Source: Candidatus Hadarchaeota archaeon
GTDB lineage: Archaea; Hadarchaeota; Hadarchaeia; Hadarchaeales; JAWBSP01
DNA: 17,217 nucleotides
Reading direction: 5' to 3'
Assembly (NCBI GenBank): GCA_964474885.1
Contig: CAYYWO010000014.1
Coordinates: forward strand, 1 to 17,217
Every line of letters begins with the position of its first letter. The stretch's first letter is position 1. Below, piece by piece: positions 14,740 to 17,217 of this stretch. The notes under the pieces were generated by a model. That model saw nothing but the letters and a program-made list of their open reading frames with translations, was not told where the DNA came from and ran no database searches. The position numbers and the translations under genes were made by a program.

Positions 14740-15612
14740 ATGTCTAGCTGGGTGAAGAAACTCGGAAAGAGGATGCTCCTTCCGCCCCTAATCCTTGCCC
14801 TCCTTATGGGCATCGCCATCCTCTGGCTGGGGGTGCCCATGAGCTTGGAGTTCTCGAGCGGCACCATCCTGAGCTACAAGGACGTCCAGGAGGTGCCCAA
14901 CCTGAATCAGCTTGAGAGCCAGCTGAAGAGCATGCTGGGTGGGGAGGTGAAGGCGGAAGAGACCAAGGACCCTGTGACGGGGAAGGTAGGGCTCGACATC
15001 CAGACCACTACCGTCCTGGATCAGAACCTGGAGAACCAGGTAACGCAGTTTCTGTACGAACGGTACAGCTTGAAGAACGCAAAGATCCTCGTCTTCGCCC
15101 CGGCCCTGGGGGAGACTTACAGGAGACAGGCTGTGCAGGCCATCACCGTGGCTGTGGTGGTCATCGGTCTGTGCCTGCTCATCGTGTACAGGCGAAAAAT
15201 CGTGCTTGTGACCATACCCTGCATCCTGCTGGACTTGCTGGCCGGGCTGGGGGGGCTTGCCCTCACGAGTACCCCTCTCTCCCTAGCCTCCCTAGCGGGG
15301 CTGCTACTCCTCCTAGGTTATGGTGTGGATACCAACGTGCTCCTGTCCAATAGCGTGATCAAGCGGCCCGAGGGGGAGCCTGAGGACCGTGTGGCCTCCG
15401 CCATGAAGACGGGCTTCACTATAACGGGGACCACCCTACTCACCATGCTCCTCATAAACCTCTTCGTGAACAACCCTTCCATAGACCAGCTGTCCACCGT
15501 GCTGATCTTCGGGCTGGCGGCCGATCTTCTAAACACCTGGTTTCTCAATGCGAGCTTTTTGATCTGGTGGGCGAGGAAGAGGAAGGGGGTGCTGCACTAT
15601 GTCTCTCTTTAG
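14740..15612 (+). CDS. secF: Protein translocase subunit SecF
   Basis: TM1 then MSLEFSSGT (GIDFxGG-like), an extracellular domain, FAPALG, five further TMs, LLLGYGVDTNVLL, IFGLAADLLNTWFLNA. Confidence 0.9.
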   Translation: MSSWVKKLGKRMLLPPLILALLMGIAILWLGVPMSLEFSSGTILSYKDVQEVPNLNQLESQLKSMLGGEVKAEETKDPVTGKVGLDIQTTTVLDQNLENQVTQFLYERYSLKNAKILVFAPALGETYRRQAVQAITVAVVVIGLCLLIVYRRKIVLVTIPCILLDLLAGLGGLALTSTPLSLASLAGLLLLLGYGVDTNVLLSNSVIKRPEGEPEDRVASAMKTGFTITGTTLLTMLLINLFVNNPSIDQLSTVLIFGLAADLLNTWFLNASFLIWWARKRKGVLHYVSL

Positions 15613-17217
15613 CAACCGGAGAGTGCTCCTGCTCATCCTCCTCACCCTCATCGCTCTAGCCGGGGTATGGCAGCCTTGGAAAGGGCTGAACTTCAAGCTG
15701 AGGGGGATCAGGGAGGGGCTGGATCTAGCTGGGGGATCGAGGGTCATGGTCAGGCTGGAGGCGACCCAGTTCACGGTCAGGTTCTCTCAGCCGCTCGACC
15801 AGCAGCTGACCGCGGTCATGGATCTCAGCGACAGGCTGATCGACAGGTTTCTGGCTGATGTCAAGGTGCTGAGCGTGGACCGCGGAAAGAATGTAGCTAC
15901 CTATGAGATCGGGGCACCTATAGACCTAGCAATACTAGAGGCAGAGATCGAGAACGTTGGGGAGATCATAGATTACTCCCAGGACAAGGTGAGCAACGAA
16001 ACGATGGACGAAGTCATCTCCACCCTCGTGAACCGTATAGATCCCGCCGGGCTCCTAGGGGTCCAAGCTAGGCCAGCTGGAACCAACCTCATCCTTCTCG
16101 AGATCCCGGCCCTCAGTCCCGAGCAGGCGGAATTTCTCCTGGAGAAGGAGGGGAGGCTGGAGGCCTTCATCGAGAACGAGCTCGTACTCAGGGGGACCGA
16201 CATCCAAGTGGTTTACTCCATCAGGGTCGAGCGGGTGAGGACAGCGGGAGGGGGGACAGCTTACCAGTACAGCGTGCCCATGCGCATCTCAGCCGAGGGG
16301 GCGAGGAGGTTCGCTGAGGCATCGGAGGGGAAGGCCCACTATCCTCTTGCCATTTATCTGGACAGGCCCGGAGACGCCCTGCTGGTCTTCGACAAGTCCA
16401 TCCTGAGTCAGCTGTCCGAACTCACCTATCCCTCCATCACGGAGTACTCCAGGACCAGGAGGCAGTTTTACGCCAAGATCTCAGCAGGCTATGGCTTTTA
16501 TTTGCTCGTGCACGCCGTTCCCGTTGACTCCAAAAGTCCGTCTGACAATGAACTTGATCTCATAAGGTCATATACTGGGACAAAGAGCAGGGTTATCTTC
16601 CTAGGCGAGAACTCGGATTTCTCCCTCTCCCTCATTCACCTGGCCGAGAACCTCTTCAGCGGGCGGGTTGAGTTCTTCCCGAGGGAGGAGGGCTGGAACC
16701 TGACTGAGTGGATCTTCCGTGCCTGCGGCCTCCAATCCGCCCCGGAGATAAGCGAGGGGATCGCGGGGAGAGCGGAGAGGGACGTCAGGATCACGGGGAC
16801 CCGCCCCACGGAGCAGGAGGCCATAGAGGAGGCCAATAACCTAAGACTCGTCCTCACCCAGAGGCTGACCACCAAGACGGAAGTAGCCTCCAGCACCTAC
16901 ATACCTCCCAGGCTGGGGAAGGAGTTCGCTGAGGAGATCAAAAAGGCCGTGGTTGCGGCCGTGCTGGCCGTGAGCGCCGTCCTGCTCCTCAGGTACAGGG
17001 ACCCCTGGATAACCTTGGCCATCCTAGCCACCATGGGGGCGGAGTGCGTGCTCACGCTTGGGGCTGCGGCAGCGGTTGGACAGACCCTGGGCCTAGCGGA
17101 GATAGGGGGCGTGCTGGCCGTCATAGGCACGGGCGTGGAGCAGCAGATCATAATCACGGACGAGGTGCTCAGGGGCAGATTCCAAGAGTTCAGGCCTAGG
17201 GGGATAAGGGGGAGGGT
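15599..17217 (+). CDS. secD: Protein translocase subunit SecD (3' end beyond window; absent from the ORF track)
   Basis: Hand translation from ATG 15599 is open to the window end: MSLFSNRRVLLL..., GLDLAGGSRV, LVNRIDPAGL, AIYLD, SAPEI, IPPRLGKEF, IGTGVEQQIIITDE. Overlaps secF by 14 bp. Confidence 0.92.
   Translation, partial: MSLFSNRRVLLLILLTLIALAGVWQPWKGLNFKLRGIREGLDLAGGSRVMVRLEATQFTVRFSQPLDQQLTAVMDLSDRLIDRFLADVKVLSVDRGKNVATYEIGAPIDLAILEAEIENVGEIIDYSQDKVSNETMDEVISTLVNRIDPAGLLGVQARPAGTNLILLEIPALSPEQAEFLLEKEGRLEAFIENELVLRGTDIQVVYSIRVERVRTAGGGTAYQYSVPMRISAEGARRFAEASEGKAHYPLAIYLDRPGDALLVFDKSILSQLSELTYPSITEYSRTRRQFYAKISAGYGFYLLVHAVPVDSKSPSDNELDLIRSYTGTKSRVIFLGENSDFSLSLIHLAENLFSGRVEFFPREEGWNLTEWIFRACGLQSAPEISEGIAGRAERDVRITGTRPTEQEAIEEANNLRLVLTQRLTTKTEVASSTYIPPRLGKEFAEEIKKAVVAAVLAVSAVLLLRYRDPWITLAILATMGAECVLTLGAAAAVGQTLGLAEIGGVLAVIGTGVEQQIIITDEVLRGRFQEFRPRGIRGR

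Noticed and set aside
170-17157. Numerous antisense or alternate-frame ORFs (e.g. 170..622, 1901..2632, 2786..3451, 9643..10155, 10627..11337, 13038..13556)
   Set aside because: Shadows of well-supported genes in GC-rich DNA, with no recognisable motifs.

Overview
Compact, GC-rich (about 60% in coding lines counted by hand) archaeal chromosomal region. A euryarchaeal-type thermophile such as Hadarchaeia is plausible, but that is inference only. The content is mostly housekeeping: tRNA-Leu(UAG), a DUF1512 membrane protein, EF-2, RsmA/KsgA, endonuclease III, an HD nucleotidase, a small EF-Tu-domain-II-like protein, an Lrp regulator, archaeosine TgtA, archaeal SAM synthetase, the HTH-regulator/HMG-CoA synthase/thiolase/DUF35 cluster, TrmI, SecF and a SecD that runs off the window. 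Three stretches are not explained by intact genes: (1) an AT-rich spacer between divergent rsmA and nth carrying four phased 25-bp quasi-palindromes at 31/31/30-bp period (4527-4643); (2) a ~145-nt, heavily self-complementary non-coding element just upstream of tgtA (8709-8852); (3) an adjacent decayed antitoxin/RelE-ParE toxin pair (8858-9248). Many genes appear leaderless, with a TTTAAC-like box 23-25 nt before the ATG.
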